Source: an uncultured bacterium
Lineage (GTDB): Bacteria; Bacillota_I; Bacilli_A; RFN20; CAG-826
Length of the DNA stretch: 64,000 nt
Assembly (NCBI GenBank): GCA_949297445.1
Contig: CASFSS010000018.1
Location: forward strand, 291,884-355,883
Reading direction: 5' to 3'
Shown here piece after piece: positions 53,264 through 63,560 of this stretch; position 1 is the stretch's first letter; the number at the start of each line of letters is the position of its first letter. The translations under genes and the position numbers were made by a program. The notes under the pieces were generated by a model that saw nothing but the letters and a program-made list of their open reading frames with translations, was not told the DNA's origin and did no database searches.

Positions 53264-53853
53264 AAATTGCAAAATATTTAACAGCATTATTGGCTGTTTG
53301 TTTATTGGCCGCGTGCGCTCCGAGCGAGATAACTTACCCAACCAATTACGAAGGGACAATTACTTATATTAATGATGGTAGCGAAGATGCCATGAAACTA
53401 TTTAATGGTATAAATTACGACTCGTTTTCTATCGATATTAAGGAAATCGATAAAACCTCCTTTTTGCAAGCGGGCTCCGTCAATGTCTTTGCTGAATCTA
53501 AATATTATTATTCCGATTGTTCTTTACATTACACTGAGCAAGACATTGAAAAAGTTTATTTTTACTCAATAAACTTCCATTTGGTGTCCACGGAACTTGC
53601 TGATGCCATCATTACTTTAAGAACACTCGTTTCCAACGATGTTACTAAGGTATGCGGTGGTTCTTTGTCTGTTTCTTTTTTATTAACAATTCAAAGTTTG
53701 ACGCTGAATGCTACCCACACATTTACACTTTTGGATACTTATAGAACTACCAATAAAGAATTTAAACCAATAATGACGTTTGGCTTGCAATATTTAGGTG
53801 AATATCAATACGATGTTGTTGACAGCATTTCTTTGACTGGCACATTTAAATAA
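53260..53853 (+). CDS. Hypothetical lipoprotein
   Basis: Lipobox LAAC; ATGA overlap with upstream gene; SD AAGGAGG. Confidence 0.72.
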   Translation: MKIAKYLTALLAVCLLAACAPSEITYPTNYEGTITYINDGSEDAMKLFNGINYDSFSIDIKEIDKTSFLQAGSVNVFAESKYYYSDCSLHYTEQDIEKVYFYSINFHLVSTELADAIITLRTLVSNDVTKVCGGSLSVSFLLTIQSLTLNATHTFTLLDTYRTTNKEFKPIMTFGLQYLGEYQYDVVDSISLTGTFK

Positions 53854-53941
53854 ACTTATTACAATGTTTTTGCCATTGTTGTTTAAATTTATAAGAGCAC
53901 GATTTGTGCACTTTTAAAGTATAATTGGAAAGTAGCTCTTG

Positions 53942-53970
53942 TTGAAATGCAACATTCTTTTTGATATAAT
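53942..53970 (+). promoter_or_regulatory. Sigma-A promoter of capD-like gene
   Basis: TTGAAA-17 nt-TATAAT with extended TG; ATG 9 nt downstream of the -10. Confidence 0.65.
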
Positions 53971-53979
53971 CAAATTATC

Positions 53980-55857
53980 ATGAAAAAAGCAACAAAACAC
54001 ACTAAATGGCTGCATTATCTTTATATACCAGCAGATTTTTTAGTATTGTTTGTTATTAATTTGTTGCCATTTCTTTCTTCTTATGGTGTTGAATATTTTA
54101 ATAATAATGTTCTAGTTATTTTGCTGTTTGCTGCAGTTTCTTCTTCTTCTGCTGTTTTAATTTTGGCGATATTCAAAATATATAAGATGTTAACTCATAA
54201 TTTTGGTTTGCGTGATGCAATATTAGTCATGGCAATTGTTTTCGTTGTTGAAATAGTTGCTTTTTTAATTGCTATCTTATTGCCAAATGATATTTTATTG
54301 GTCGATGTAAATTACGTTTGGGCTTGGATTCTTTCGCTGATTTCCTCTATGTTTGTTATACCAGCTCTTAGGATGGGCTGGCGAATTTTTGCAATCATAT
54401 CATATCGATTTCAAAACAAAAAGAAAAAAGCTAAAACATTGATTATAGGAGCTGGCGGTGCAGCTAAAATAATCATTGATGACTCAATCACGAATAAAAA
54501 TAGTAAAAATAATATTTTAGTTTTAGTCGATGACGACTTAAATAAAATTGGTGGAACATATGCTGGTTTGCCTGTTGATGGGCCAATTTCTAACGCGGCG
54601 AATATTATCGATAAATATGGTGTCGAAGAAGTCATTATAGCGATATCCAATTTAGAAAATGAAAAATTGCATGAAATTCTTCGTTTTTTAGAGCCGTGCG
54701 ATGTAAGAATTAGAAGAATGCCTCTTTTGTCAGAGATGGGTTCTCCAAATGTAAAGCATATTATCGATGTAGATCTTGATGATTTATTATGTAGAGATCC
54801 TGTTAAATTGGATAATAGTGAAGTGAAATCGATGTTATGCGGCAAAACAGTTTTAGTTACTGGAGCCGGCGGCTCTATTGGTTCAGAGCTTGTTCGCCAA
54901 ATTTTTAACGCGAAGCCCTCGACATTAATTCTTTTTGATATATATGAAAACGGTGTTTATGATATTCAACAAGAAATTCTTCGCAACATCGCCAATAATA
55001 AAATTGAAAATGTTAAGGTTATAACATTAATTGGCTCCACCTATAACGAAGTTAGAATGGAGCAAATATTTGAAAAGTACCTGCCGGATTACATTTATCA
55101 CGCGGCGGCATATAAACACGTTCCCTTGATGGAAGATTCGCCAGTAGAAGCAATTAGAACCAATGTTGTTGGTACATACAATGTCGCAAAATTAGCCGAT
55201 AAATACAAAGTTAAAAAAATGGTTCTCGTTTCAACCGATAAAGCCGTAAGACCTACTAATGTCATGGGAGCGACTAAACGTTTTGCGGAAACTATCATTC
55301 AATATTTTTCTGAAAAGTCTAAATGCACAGTGTATGCTGCTGTTAGATTTGGCAATGTTTTAGGATCAAACGGTTCTGTTGTGCCTCTTTTTAAAAAACA
55401 AATTGAGTCTGGAGGTCCCATCACAATAACCGATAAGAACATTATTAGGTATTTTATGACTATTCCCGAAGCTGTGTCATTGATATTGCAGTGTGGTTTA
55501 TTTGCTAATGGTGGTGAAATTTTTATTTTAGATATGGGAAAGCCTGTCAAAATAATTAATCTTGCAATGAAATTAATTAGGCAAGCTGGATTTGTGCCGT
55601 ACAAAGATATCGATATAGTGGAAACCGGGCTACGTCCTGGTGAAAAACTGTATGAAGAATTGCTTCTTGATACAAATACTCAAACAAAGACAAAAAATAA
55701 TCGCATTTACATTGAGCAAAAAGATAAAATCTATCCTATTGAAGATGAAATACTTACAATCTCTAAAGTATTTGAAATGGATAACAATAGCGATATTAAA
55801 AAGATGTTATCTAGTATAATAACAACTTATACCATCGACGAAAGAAAAGAAAAATGA
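53980..55857 (+). CDS. Membrane-bound nucleoside-diphosphate sugar dehydratase (CapD/PglF/WbpM family)
   Basis: N-terminal TM helices, VTGAGGSIGSEL, HAAAYKHVP, STDKAV, RFGNVLGS, RPGEKL. Confidence 0.92.
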   Translation: MKKATKHTKWLHYLYIPADFLVLFVINLLPFLSSYGVEYFNNNVLVILLFAAVSSSSAVLILAIFKIYKMLTHNFGLRDAILVMAIVFVVEIVAFLIAILLPNDILLVDVNYVWAWILSLISSMFVIPALRMGWRIFAIISYRFQNKKKKAKTLIIGAGGAAKIIIDDSITNKNSKNNILVLVDDDLNKIGGTYAGLPVDGPISNAANIIDKYGVEEVIIAISNLENEKLHEILRFLEPCDVRIRRMPLLSEMGSPNVKHIIDVDLDDLLCRDPVKLDNSEVKSMLCGKTVLVTGAGGSIGSELVRQIFNAKPSTLILFDIYENGVYDIQQEILRNIANNKIENVKVITLIGSTYNEVRMEQIFEKYLPDYIYHAAAYKHVPLMEDSPVEAIRTNVVGTYNVAKLADKYKVKKMVLVSTDKAVRPTNVMGATKRFAETIIQYFSEKSKCTVYAAVRFGNVLGSNGSVVPLFKKQIESGGPITITDKNIIRYFMTIPEAVSLILQCGLFANGGEIFILDMGKPVKIINLAMKLIRQAGFVPYKDIDIVETGLRPGEKLYEELLLDTNTQTKTKNNRIYIEQKDKIYPIEDEILTISKVFEMDNNSDIKKMLSSIITTYTIDERKEK

Positions 55858-56465
55858 CTACCCGCCAAAAAGTTTATTTACCTTTTAAAAGATTTTTTGA
55901 TATTTTTTTATCATTATTATTTGTTGTGGTTTTTTCCTGGCTATATTTAATCATATCTATTGCAATAAAAGCATCATCAAAAGGTCCAGTCATATTTAAA
56001 CAAAAGCGAATTGGTAAAAACAAAAAAGAATTTTATATATGGAAATTCCGTACTATGAGAACGGAAACGCCAAAAGATATGCCCACGCACATGCTCGAAA
56101 ATCCAGATACTTATATTACAAAAGTAGGCAGATTTTTGCGAAAGACATCGCTCGATGAATTACCACAAATTTTTAATATATTGGCTGGAAAAATGTCTAT
56201 AGTTGGTCCGCGTCCCGCTTTGTGGAACCAAGAAGATTTAATTGCTGAACGCGATAAATATCATGCCAACGACATTCGTCCGGGACTTTCTGGTTGGGCA
56301 CAGTGCCATGGTCGCGACACTTTATCAATTGGACAAAAAGCCGAACTAGATGGATATTATTTTCAAAAATTTAACATTTGGATGGATTTAAAAATAATTT
56401 TTTTAACGTTGGGTCAAGCAATTGTTGGCAAAGACGAGGTTGAGGGCAAAAATAAAAATAATTAA
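55854..56465 (+). CDS. Bacterial sugar transferase (phosphoglycosyl transferase)
   Basis: KRFFD, KFRTM, LRKTSLDELPQ, MSIVGPRP, PGLSGWAQ. Confidence 0.92.
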   Translation: MTTRQKVYLPFKRFFDIFLSLLFVVVFSWLYLIISIAIKASSKGPVIFKQKRIGKNKKEFYIWKFRTMRTETPKDMPTHMLENPDTYITKVGRFLRKTSLDELPQIFNILAGKMSIVGPRPALWNQEDLIAERDKYHANDIRPGLSGWAQCHGRDTLSIGQKAELDGYYFQKFNIWMDLKIIFLTLGQAIVGKDEVEGKNKNN

Positions 56466-56522
56466 ATTGTTTTTTAATTTGAAATCTAATTATTATATAT
56501 AATAGAAACGGAGGTAAAGTTT

Positions 56523-57131
56523 ATGATTCCATTGATTGTTCTTGATTCATTAGCGCCTTGGGCGATTGCTTTGATTGTTGTCGGCGCTATTATTGGACTA
56601 GTTTTATTAGTTGCTATTATCATCGTTATTTGGTGGATTACAACGTTGAATAATATGCGTAGAATGGTTGTAAAGATTGACGAGGCGGAATCCGGCATCG
56701 ATGTTGCCTTAGAAAAACGTTTTGATCTTTTGACAAAAACTTTTAACACGGTGAAAGGATACGCTAAGCACGAATCTGAAACTCTTGAAAAAGTTATTGC
56801 GATGCGTTCGCCATCTAAAGGAGCGTCAATGAAAGAAAAAGCTGAGTTTGCCTCCTCAATGAATAAAGCCTTTGATTCAATAAATATTGTGATGGAACAA
56901 TATCCTAATCTTAAGGCCAACGAAAATTTCTTAAAATTACAAAATCAAATCACCGATGTTGAAGAACATTTGCAAGCAGCTAGACGCGTATATAACAGCA
57001 ATGTTTCTTCATACAATCAATATATCGTCGTTTTCCCGTCAAACATCGTTGCTAAGCGCCATAATATGACCAGCCGGGAATTCTTTGAAGTCGAAGAGGG
57101 TAAACGACAAGACGTGAAAATTGAATTTTAA
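56523..57131 (+). CDS. lemA: LemA family protein
   Basis: N-terminal TM, IDVALEKRFDL, KGYAKHESETL, EQYPNLKANENF. Confidence 0.92.
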   Translation: MIPLIVLDSLAPWAIALIVVGAIIGLVLLVAIIIVIWWITTLNNMRRMVVKIDEAESGIDVALEKRFDLLTKTFNTVKGYAKHESETLEKVIAMRSPSKGASMKEKAEFASSMNKAFDSINIVMEQYPNLKANENFLKLQNQITDVEEHLQAARRVYNSNVSSYNQYIVVFPSNIVAKRHNMTSREFFEVEEGKRQDVKIEF

Positions 57132-57143
57132 TGAGCGTCTATC

Positions 57144-58067
57144 ATGGGAAGCACACCGCTTAATTTAGATACTCTTGAAAGCGCTAGAAAAAGTACGGTT
57201 AAAGCCATCATTACCGTTTTGATTATCGCTGGTCTTTTTGCCGTCGCTTTTGCAATTTGTTTTATTTTATATTTTCTTAATATAACTAGCAATTTTGCCG
57301 CATTTTATTTTGGATGTATTTTTTGTGTTGCTTTTGCTATTTTTTTGCTAGTCGCTTTAGCAATTGCTTTGTCGTTTAAAAAGAAGCGTCGTTCACAAAT
57401 TTTAAATTTGGTCGTGCAATCCGAATATGAAAATTTTTACTATAATCCGAGTCGTGGTGTTAATTTAGACAATTTATTGCGTCCTAATTTTTTTGCGCCG
57501 CCAGATCGCTATTTAGGTTCAAACGCCCTTGCTGCTAAACACGAGAATATTCTTTTTGAAATGTGCGATTATAATTTGCAAAAAATTTCGCGCGACAATA
57601 AAGGCAATACGACGTATACAACATACGCTTCCGGCCGCTTTGTCGATATAACGTTTGAACGTGATTTAAAAGGAGAAGTAAAAATTATTGAGAAATCTTT
57701 TTTAAATAATATCGGTGGTGCTGGTTTAAAAAAAGTAGAACTTGAATCGCTAGAATTTAATAAAAAGTTCAATGTTAAAGCGACTAACGAATTAGTGGCA
57801 TTTTTTGTTTTAACACCGCAAATCCAAGAAAAAATTCTCCAATTTGAAAAAATATATAGCGGTCGTGTTTATGTGGCGTTTATGGTGAACCATCTTTATA
57901 TTGCTATTGAAGGAGAAAACATTTCCTTCAATTTCAGCGTTTTCAAGCCGTTAGATAATCGAGTAGTAGAAGCTGCAAAAAATGATGTCTGTCTTCCAAA
58001 AATTATTAATAAGATGTTCGATTTAAGCGGTGAAAAATTTGGTAGAGATGCTACTATAGATATTTAA
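57144..58067 (+). CDS. DUF3137-like membrane protein
   Basis: Two N-terminal TM, KVELESLEFNKKF...LTP motif; adjacent to lemA. Confidence 0.65.
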   Translation: MGSTPLNLDTLESARKSTVKAIITVLIIAGLFAVAFAICFILYFLNITSNFAAFYFGCIFCVAFAIFLLVALAIALSFKKKRRSQILNLVVQSEYENFYYNPSRGVNLDNLLRPNFFAPPDRYLGSNALAAKHENILFEMCDYNLQKISRDNKGNTTYTTYASGRFVDITFERDLKGEVKIIEKSFLNNIGGAGLKKVELESLEFNKKFNVKATNELVAFFVLTPQIQEKILQFEKIYSGRVYVAFMVNHLYIAIEGENISFNFSVFKPLDNRVVEAAKNDVCLPKIINKMFDLSGEKFGRDATIDI

Positions 58068-58076
58068 GGTGCAATT

Positions 58077-58952
58077 ATGAACTATTTGGAGTTTGAGAAG
58101 AATAGAAAAAAAGAAGCAAAAATTTCTTATATTTATTTTCTAGTTTCAGGCGTCGGCCTTTTAACAATGCTTATTTTTCTTTTTCTAAATATCTTTTTAG
58201 GATGGAATGAATATTTCTTTTCTTTTTTTGCCATTGGTCTTATTTTGTTGATTGTTTTTTTAATCTTAGCTTTTGCCAAAAAAGAAATGTTCAATAACAA
58301 ATATCGTTTGGACTTTATGAACGCGATGTTAAATGAAGTTTATTCTAATGCAACTTATAAATATCATAACGGTATTTCAAAAACTGAAGTTTCCGATTTG
58401 CCCATTTTGCCAACCAAGATTGAAGTGGATAGCTACAATACTATTATTTCTAAATATAAAGATGTCGCCCTTAAGGCCAGCAATCTCACCATCTATTTAA
58501 ATCGTCCCTTTTTTAACCCTAAATATTTTCGTGGATATTATATTCAGTTTGATTCACCATTAGAAAAAGATGAACCAGTGATTATATTGACCAAGCAGAT
58601 GATTTGTTCGCTTGAAAATTTAAACGAATTAGGAATGAACAAAAACGAAGAACTCTTGCCCGGTTACATCGTCTATCAATCAAACGGACCGCTTGACAAT
58701 TATTTATTTAATGAAAATTATTTAACAGCCATTAAAAAAATGTCCGAAGATTTGTCGGCTGAATTTGCTTTGCTTTATTTTAAAAAGCATATTTATTTTT
58801 TATTAAATAAAAATATTAAGATTGGCAATATTCCATTTTTTCGTCCGCTTAGTGAAACTCAATTGAAGCAATACCAATCAAATATTGCTTTGCCAACTAA
58901 AATCGTTGAACTTCTCAAAATAGACACTAATAGCAAAATATATAATACTTAA
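58077..58952 (+). CDS. Membrane protein, probable divergent DUF3137-like paralog
   Basis: Same architecture as upstream gene (2 TM plus soluble domain), FRGYYI motif. Confidence 0.5.
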   Translation: MNYLEFEKNRKKEAKISYIYFLVSGVGLLTMLIFLFLNIFLGWNEYFFSFFAIGLILLIVFLILAFAKKEMFNNKYRLDFMNAMLNEVYSNATYKYHNGISKTEVSDLPILPTKIEVDSYNTIISKYKDVALKASNLTIYLNRPFFNPKYFRGYYIQFDSPLEKDEPVIILTKQMICSLENLNELGMNKNEELLPGYIVYQSNGPLDNYLFNENYLTAIKKMSEDLSAEFALLYFKKHIYFLLNKNIKIGNIPFFRPLSETQLKQYQSNIALPTKIVELLKIDTNSKIYNT

Positions 58953-59055
58953 CTTTCTTTTTGATATTGCTTTGCTTTTTAAAGACGATTTTTTCTGTCG
59001 TTTCTTTTCGCCATTAACAATGTTAAAATAAAAATTAATTGAAGGAAGATCAAAA

Positions 59056-60285
59056 ATGAAAGAAAAATATTTGAAAGATTATGAAGCGCCTTTAGCACCT
59101 CTATCTTTGGTAGATGAAGCTAGTCGCTGTCTTCTTTGCTTGGACGCTCCTTGTTCCAAAGCATGTCCAGCTGGAACTAATCCAGACCGTTTTATAAGAG
59201 CTGTTCGCTTCCGCAACTTTGCTGGTGCAGCAGAAATTGTCCGAGAAAACAACGCTCTTGGTGCTATATGTGCCCGTGTTTGCCCTACCGAAAAGACTTG
59301 CCAAAAAGGTTGTTCGCGTAGCGGAATCGACCGCCCAATCGATATTGCGGCCATTCAACGCTTTATTACCGACTTCGAAGACGCTACTAAAATGGAAATT
59401 TTATCAGCCGGCAAAGATAATGGCAAAAAAGTGGCGATTGTTGGAAGCGGTCCTAGTGCCTTACAAGCAGCAGCTACTTTGCGCAAATTAGGTTACGCTG
59501 TTACCATTTATGAAAAAAATGATAAGGCTGGCGGAATGTTACGTTTCATCCCGGCGTATCGTCTATCAAACGATGTCGTTGATAAAGAAATTGCTCGTTT
59601 AGAAAGAATAGGCGTTCGCTTCGTTTTGAATACATATGTCGGTAAAGACATCGCTTTAGAAAAATTAGAAAAAGAAAATGATGCCGTCATTCTCGATTGT
59701 GGTTTAAGCTATGGCAAAATGCTTCCAATGTTTAAAGGTTTTAAAAATGTTGAATTAGCAGTTGACTTCTTAAAACGCGTCAAAGACAAGGACGGCGAAG
59801 TTGCTTTGGACAAGCACTATTTAGTTGTCGGTGGCGGCGATGTGGCAATGGATGTTGTCACAACCTTGAAACTTCTCGATGTTCCTTATGTCACCGACGT
59901 TGTTTATGAGACCTTTGACGAATTCAAAGCTAGCAAAAAAGAGCTCGATAACGCTCGTCATGAAAAAGTTTCTATTTATGATGGCTACATTCCAGTTTCT
60001 TTTGATGGCAAAGTGGCCGCGTTTAAACATCGCTATTTAGAAAATGAAGTAAAAGTTACTGCTGATAAAGTAATTTTAGCGGTTGGCCAATATGCAGATT
60101 TGACGCCTTTTGGTATCGAATTAAAAAACAACGAGGTCGATGTTGATGGTTATCGTCTTCCAAACCGCAATGTTTTCGTCGCCGGCGACATCGCTAAGAG
60201 CGGCCAAGACAAAACGGTTGTCGGTTCGGTTAGAGTAGGCAAGGAAGTTGCCGTGGCTATCGACAAATATTTAGGAGGAAAATAA
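59056..60285 (+). CDS. preT: Dihydropyrimidine dehydrogenase subunit PreT
   Basis: [38 protein letters not shown]; adjacent to preA. Confidence 0.9.
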   Translation: MKEKYLKDYEAPLAPLSLVDEASRCLLCLDAPCSKACPAGTNPDRFIRAVRFRNFAGAAEIVRENNALGAICARVCPTEKTCQKGCSRSGIDRPIDIAAIQRFITDFEDATKMEILSAGKDNGKKVAIVGSGPSALQAAATLRKLGYAVTIYEKNDKAGGMLRFIPAYRLSNDVVDKEIARLERIGVRFVLNTYVGKDIALEKLEKENDAVILDCGLSYGKMLPMFKGFKNVELAVDFLKRVKDKDGEVALDKHYLVVGGGDVAMDVVTTLKLLDVPYVTDVVYETFDEFKASKKELDNARHEKVSIYDGYIPVSFDGKVAAFKHRYLENEVKVTADKVILAVGQYADLTPFGIELKNNEVDVDGYRLPNRNVFVAGDIAKSGQDKTVVGSVRVGKEVAVAIDKYLGGK

Positions 60286-60287
60286 AA

Positions 60288-61535
60288 ATGATTAAGAAAG
60301 ATTTATCTGTTGAATTTTTAGGTGTTAAATTTCCTAATCCATTTTGCCTCTCTTCCTCACCGGTTGGCAATTGCTACGATATGTGTAAAAAAGCTTATGA
60401 AACTGGTTGGGGCGGCGTCGTATTTAAAACGATTGGTCCCAAACACTATTTCATTGACGAAGTTTCCCCTCGTTTTGATAAGTTAAACAAGGAAAATACG
60501 CCATTTGTTGGCTTCAAAAACATGGAACAAATTGCCGAGCATCCTTTGGAGGAAAATTTGGCGGATTTGCGTCGCCTCAAAAAGGAATTTCCAAATCAAG
60601 TTTTAATTGCTTCTATCATGGGTTCTAACGAGGAGGATTGGACCGAATTGGCTCGCTTGGTCGAAGAAGCCGGCGCCGATATGATTGAAATGAATTTAAG
60701 TTGCCCGCAAATGACCTCACACGCCATGGGTAGCGACGTTGGTACCAATCCCGAGTTATGCTACAAATATTGCCAAGCCGTCAAACGCGGATCTAAATTG
60801 CCAATGATGGCAAAGATGACGCCGAATATAACCGATATGGTTCCGGTGGCTTTAGCGTGCATTAAAGGCGGTGCTGACGGAATTGCTGCTATCAATACTA
60901 TTAAATCAATTTGTAATATTGATTTAGACAAATATGTTGGCTTACCAATTGTCGATGGCAAATCATCGATTTCGGGTTATTCAGGCAAAGCGATTAAACC
61001 TGTCGCCTTACGCTTTATTCAACAAATGCGCTCGGACGCTCGTTTAAAAGATGTTCCTATTTCTGGCATCGGCGGTATCGAAACCTGGGAAGATGCCATG
61101 GAATTCATTTCGCTTGGTGCCACAACGTTACAAGTGACGACCGCCATCATGCAATATGGATATCGTATCGTCGAAGACTTGAAAAATGGTTTGATGCACT
61201 ATATGGCCAAAAAAGGTGTAAATCATCTTTCTGAATTAGTGGGATTAGCCAACAAGAACATCATTCCCGCCGAAGAATTAAATCGTGATTATATTGTCCG
61301 TCCACACATTGATTTAGATAAGTGTGTTCATTGTGGACGCTGCTATATATCTTGTTATGATGGCGCTCACCAAGCAATCGAGTGGAACGAAGAAAAGCGT
61401 GAACCATTTTGTAACGAAGAGAAATGTGTCGGCTGCTTGCTTTGTGGCCACGTTTGCCCGGTCGGAGCAATTACACCTGGAAAAATAACAATCAAAGCAG
61501 GCCGCGAGCGAAAAGTTGAAGATATTAAATTATAA
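60288..61535 (+). CDS. preA: Dihydropyrimidine dehydrogenase subunit PreA
   Basis: [27 protein letters not shown], two C-terminal 4Fe-4S motifs. Confidence 0.95.
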   Translation: MIKKDLSVEFLGVKFPNPFCLSSSPVGNCYDMCKKAYETGWGGVVFKTIGPKHYFIDEVSPRFDKLNKENTPFVGFKNMEQIAEHPLEENLADLRRLKKEFPNQVLIASIMGSNEEDWTELARLVEEAGADMIEMNLSCPQMTSHAMGSDVGTNPELCYKYCQAVKRGSKLPMMAKMTPNITDMVPVALACIKGGADGIAAINTIKSICNIDLDKYVGLPIVDGKSSISGYSGKAIKPVALRFIQQMRSDARLKDVPISGIGGIETWEDAMEFISLGATTLQVTTAIMQYGYRIVEDLKNGLMHYMAKKGVNHLSELVGLANKNIIPAEELNRDYIVRPHIDLDKCVHCGRCYISCYDGAHQAIEWNEEKREPFCNEEKCVGCLLCGHVCPVGAITPGKITIKAGRERKVEDIKL

Positions 61536-61539
61536 ATAA

Positions 61540-63471
61540 ATGAAAAAATACATTAGTTTTGCGCCTCTTTTGCTTATTGTTTCTGCTGTTTTATCATCGT
61601 GCGTCACCAACACCAGTGATTACAATGTTGTCGATACGATTTCAATTTCTAGCGAAGATATTATTGCTGGTTTAAACGATGACGAATCTAGTTTTTTGGT
61701 GGACAATAAATTGTTTAATATTAAAAATTATTCAATCGAAGAAGATGATTCGCTTTCTTTAAAAAATGGCGGCTATATTGCTTCGATAGGCGCTTTCCCG
61801 TCCATTATATCAATTGAAGTTGATTACGAAGCCAATAGCGAGTTAGGAAGAATATACTATAAGACATTTGGCGAGATGATAAATAATCCTCACCAAGGAA
61901 ATATAGTTTTGAATGATGAGCAAGAGATTTTAATTGATGAAAGTGCCAAGCAGAACTATTTTGCTATTTATGTGGCGTTAGGTGACTATACTTTACACTC
62001 CATCAGCATAAGTTATCATCCAAACCATTTAATCGAAGAAATTTTCTTATATCGCGACATCGATGTTTATGCATTTAATGATTTTCATGGTTATGTTGCC
62101 TATAACGCCGCTGAAGGTCAGCCAGGAATGGCCCGTCATGGTGACTACTTAAAAGAAGAAACTAGCAAAAATGTAGAAGGAACCATTATTTTATCTGGCG
62201 GCGATAATTACCAAGGTACAGCTGATAGCAACATTACAAGAGGTGCGTTAGTTAATGCTTATTATAATGATATAGGTTTAGATGCTTCGACTTTTGGCAA
62301 TCACGAATTTGATTGGGGCGTCGATACATTGCAAAGGATGATGCAAGGTGCGAATTTTCCTTATTTAGGTATAAATATTTTTGACAAGACAACCAATCAA
62401 AGAGTTAGTTATGCCCAAGCGAGTACTCTTCTTATTAAAAATAATATAAAAGTCGGTGTTATTGGGGCAATCGGTAATGTTTATTCTTCAATTTCTGAGA
62501 CAATTACCTCACAAGAAAACTTTACCTTTAAAACTTCATCGACACTTACCACATTGATTCGCAATGAAGCGACCGCTTTAATTAACGATGGTGCGCAAAT
62601 AATCATCTATGTTGTTCATGATGGTTCAGAAGGCACTCCAAGTAACGACACGTATTTTCGTGATTTTTATTCATCTTCTTTGAGCGATGTGGTGGATTTA
62701 GTCATTGAAGGACATACCCATTATTCTTATATTTACGAAGACACAAAAGGGACGGTTCATATGGAAACGGCCTCTTATGGTGAAGCAATCAATCACGTTA
62801 AATTTAGTTACGGAGAAGATGGTTATTATGTAAATAATGTCGAAACAAAAGATATGAGTGATTATACATCGGAAGATGAGTCACTTTTATCTATTTATGA
62901 ATATTTCGAGGATAATTTTATTGCCGAAATTCGTGATGAAGTTTTAACCACTTCTTTATCGAGCGATTTATGGTCGTATGCGCCTTTTGTTGAGGCGTAT
63001 GCTAAATTGCTAAAAACTTATGCGACTAGCTATTTGATGGAGGAACAAATTTCTGATGACTTATTTGTTGGTGCTGTGGCGCAAGAAAGCCTTCGTGCTG
63101 GCATTTATAAAGGAACTGTTTTGTATGGGAATTTATATGAAGCCATGCCGTTTGACAACACCATGGCTATTGTAAAAATCTCGGGCTATGATTTGCTAAA
63201 TAAATTTATTAATCGCAGCGGACGAGTAGCTTATATTTTTGATGATGTGGAACAAAAAATTATTACTGATAGTTCAACATATTACTATGTAATCGCCGAT
63301 AGTTATCAATACGATTATTCTTCCAATAATATGGATGTTATAAAAGTTTTATCAATATCTGAATTAACTTCTTTTGATTCTAATTTATCTAAGCTTCGTT
63401 CTGATGTTGGTAGTGACTTTGTCTATCCGCGCGATTTAGCGCGTGTCGCATTTTTGTCAAATATGATTTAA
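61540..63471 (+). CDS. 5'-nucleotidase/metallophosphoesterase lipoprotein
   Basis: Lipobox LSSC; NDFHG, GGDNYQG, GNHEFD, EGHTH, PFDN motifs; extra N-terminal domain. Confidence 0.85.
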   Translation: MKKYISFAPLLLIVSAVLSSCVTNTSDYNVVDTISISSEDIIAGLNDDESSFLVDNKLFNIKNYSIEEDDSLSLKNGGYIASIGAFPSIISIEVDYEANSELGRIYYKTFGEMINNPHQGNIVLNDEQEILIDESAKQNYFAIYVALGDYTLHSISISYHPNHLIEEIFLYRDIDVYAFNDFHGYVAYNAAEGQPGMARHGDYLKEETSKNVEGTIILSGGDNYQGTADSNITRGALVNAYYNDIGLDASTFGNHEFDWGVDTLQRMMQGANFPYLGINIFDKTTNQRVSYAQASTLLIKNNIKVGVIGAIGNVYSSISETITSQENFTFKTSSTLTTLIRNEATALINDGAQIIIYVVHDGSEGTPSNDTYFRDFYSSSLSDVVDLVIEGHTHYSYIYEDTKGTVHMETASYGEAINHVKFSYGEDGYYVNNVETKDMSDYTSEDESLLSIYEYFEDNFIAEIRDEVLTTSLSSDLWSYAPFVEAYAKLLKTYATSYLMEEQISDDLFVGAVAQESLRAGIYKGTVLYGNLYEAMPFDNTMAIVKISGYDLLNKFINRSGRVAYIFDDVEQKIITDSSTYYYVIADSYQYDYSSNNMDVIKVLSISELTSFDSNLSKLRSDVGSDFVYPRDLARVAFLSNMI

Positions 63472-63560
63472 ATTATGAAAGTGGTATAATATAAATAATG
63501 AAATAGTGAATTCATAAGTTAATTTATATAGAATAGAGACATAAAAATGAGGAAGAAATC

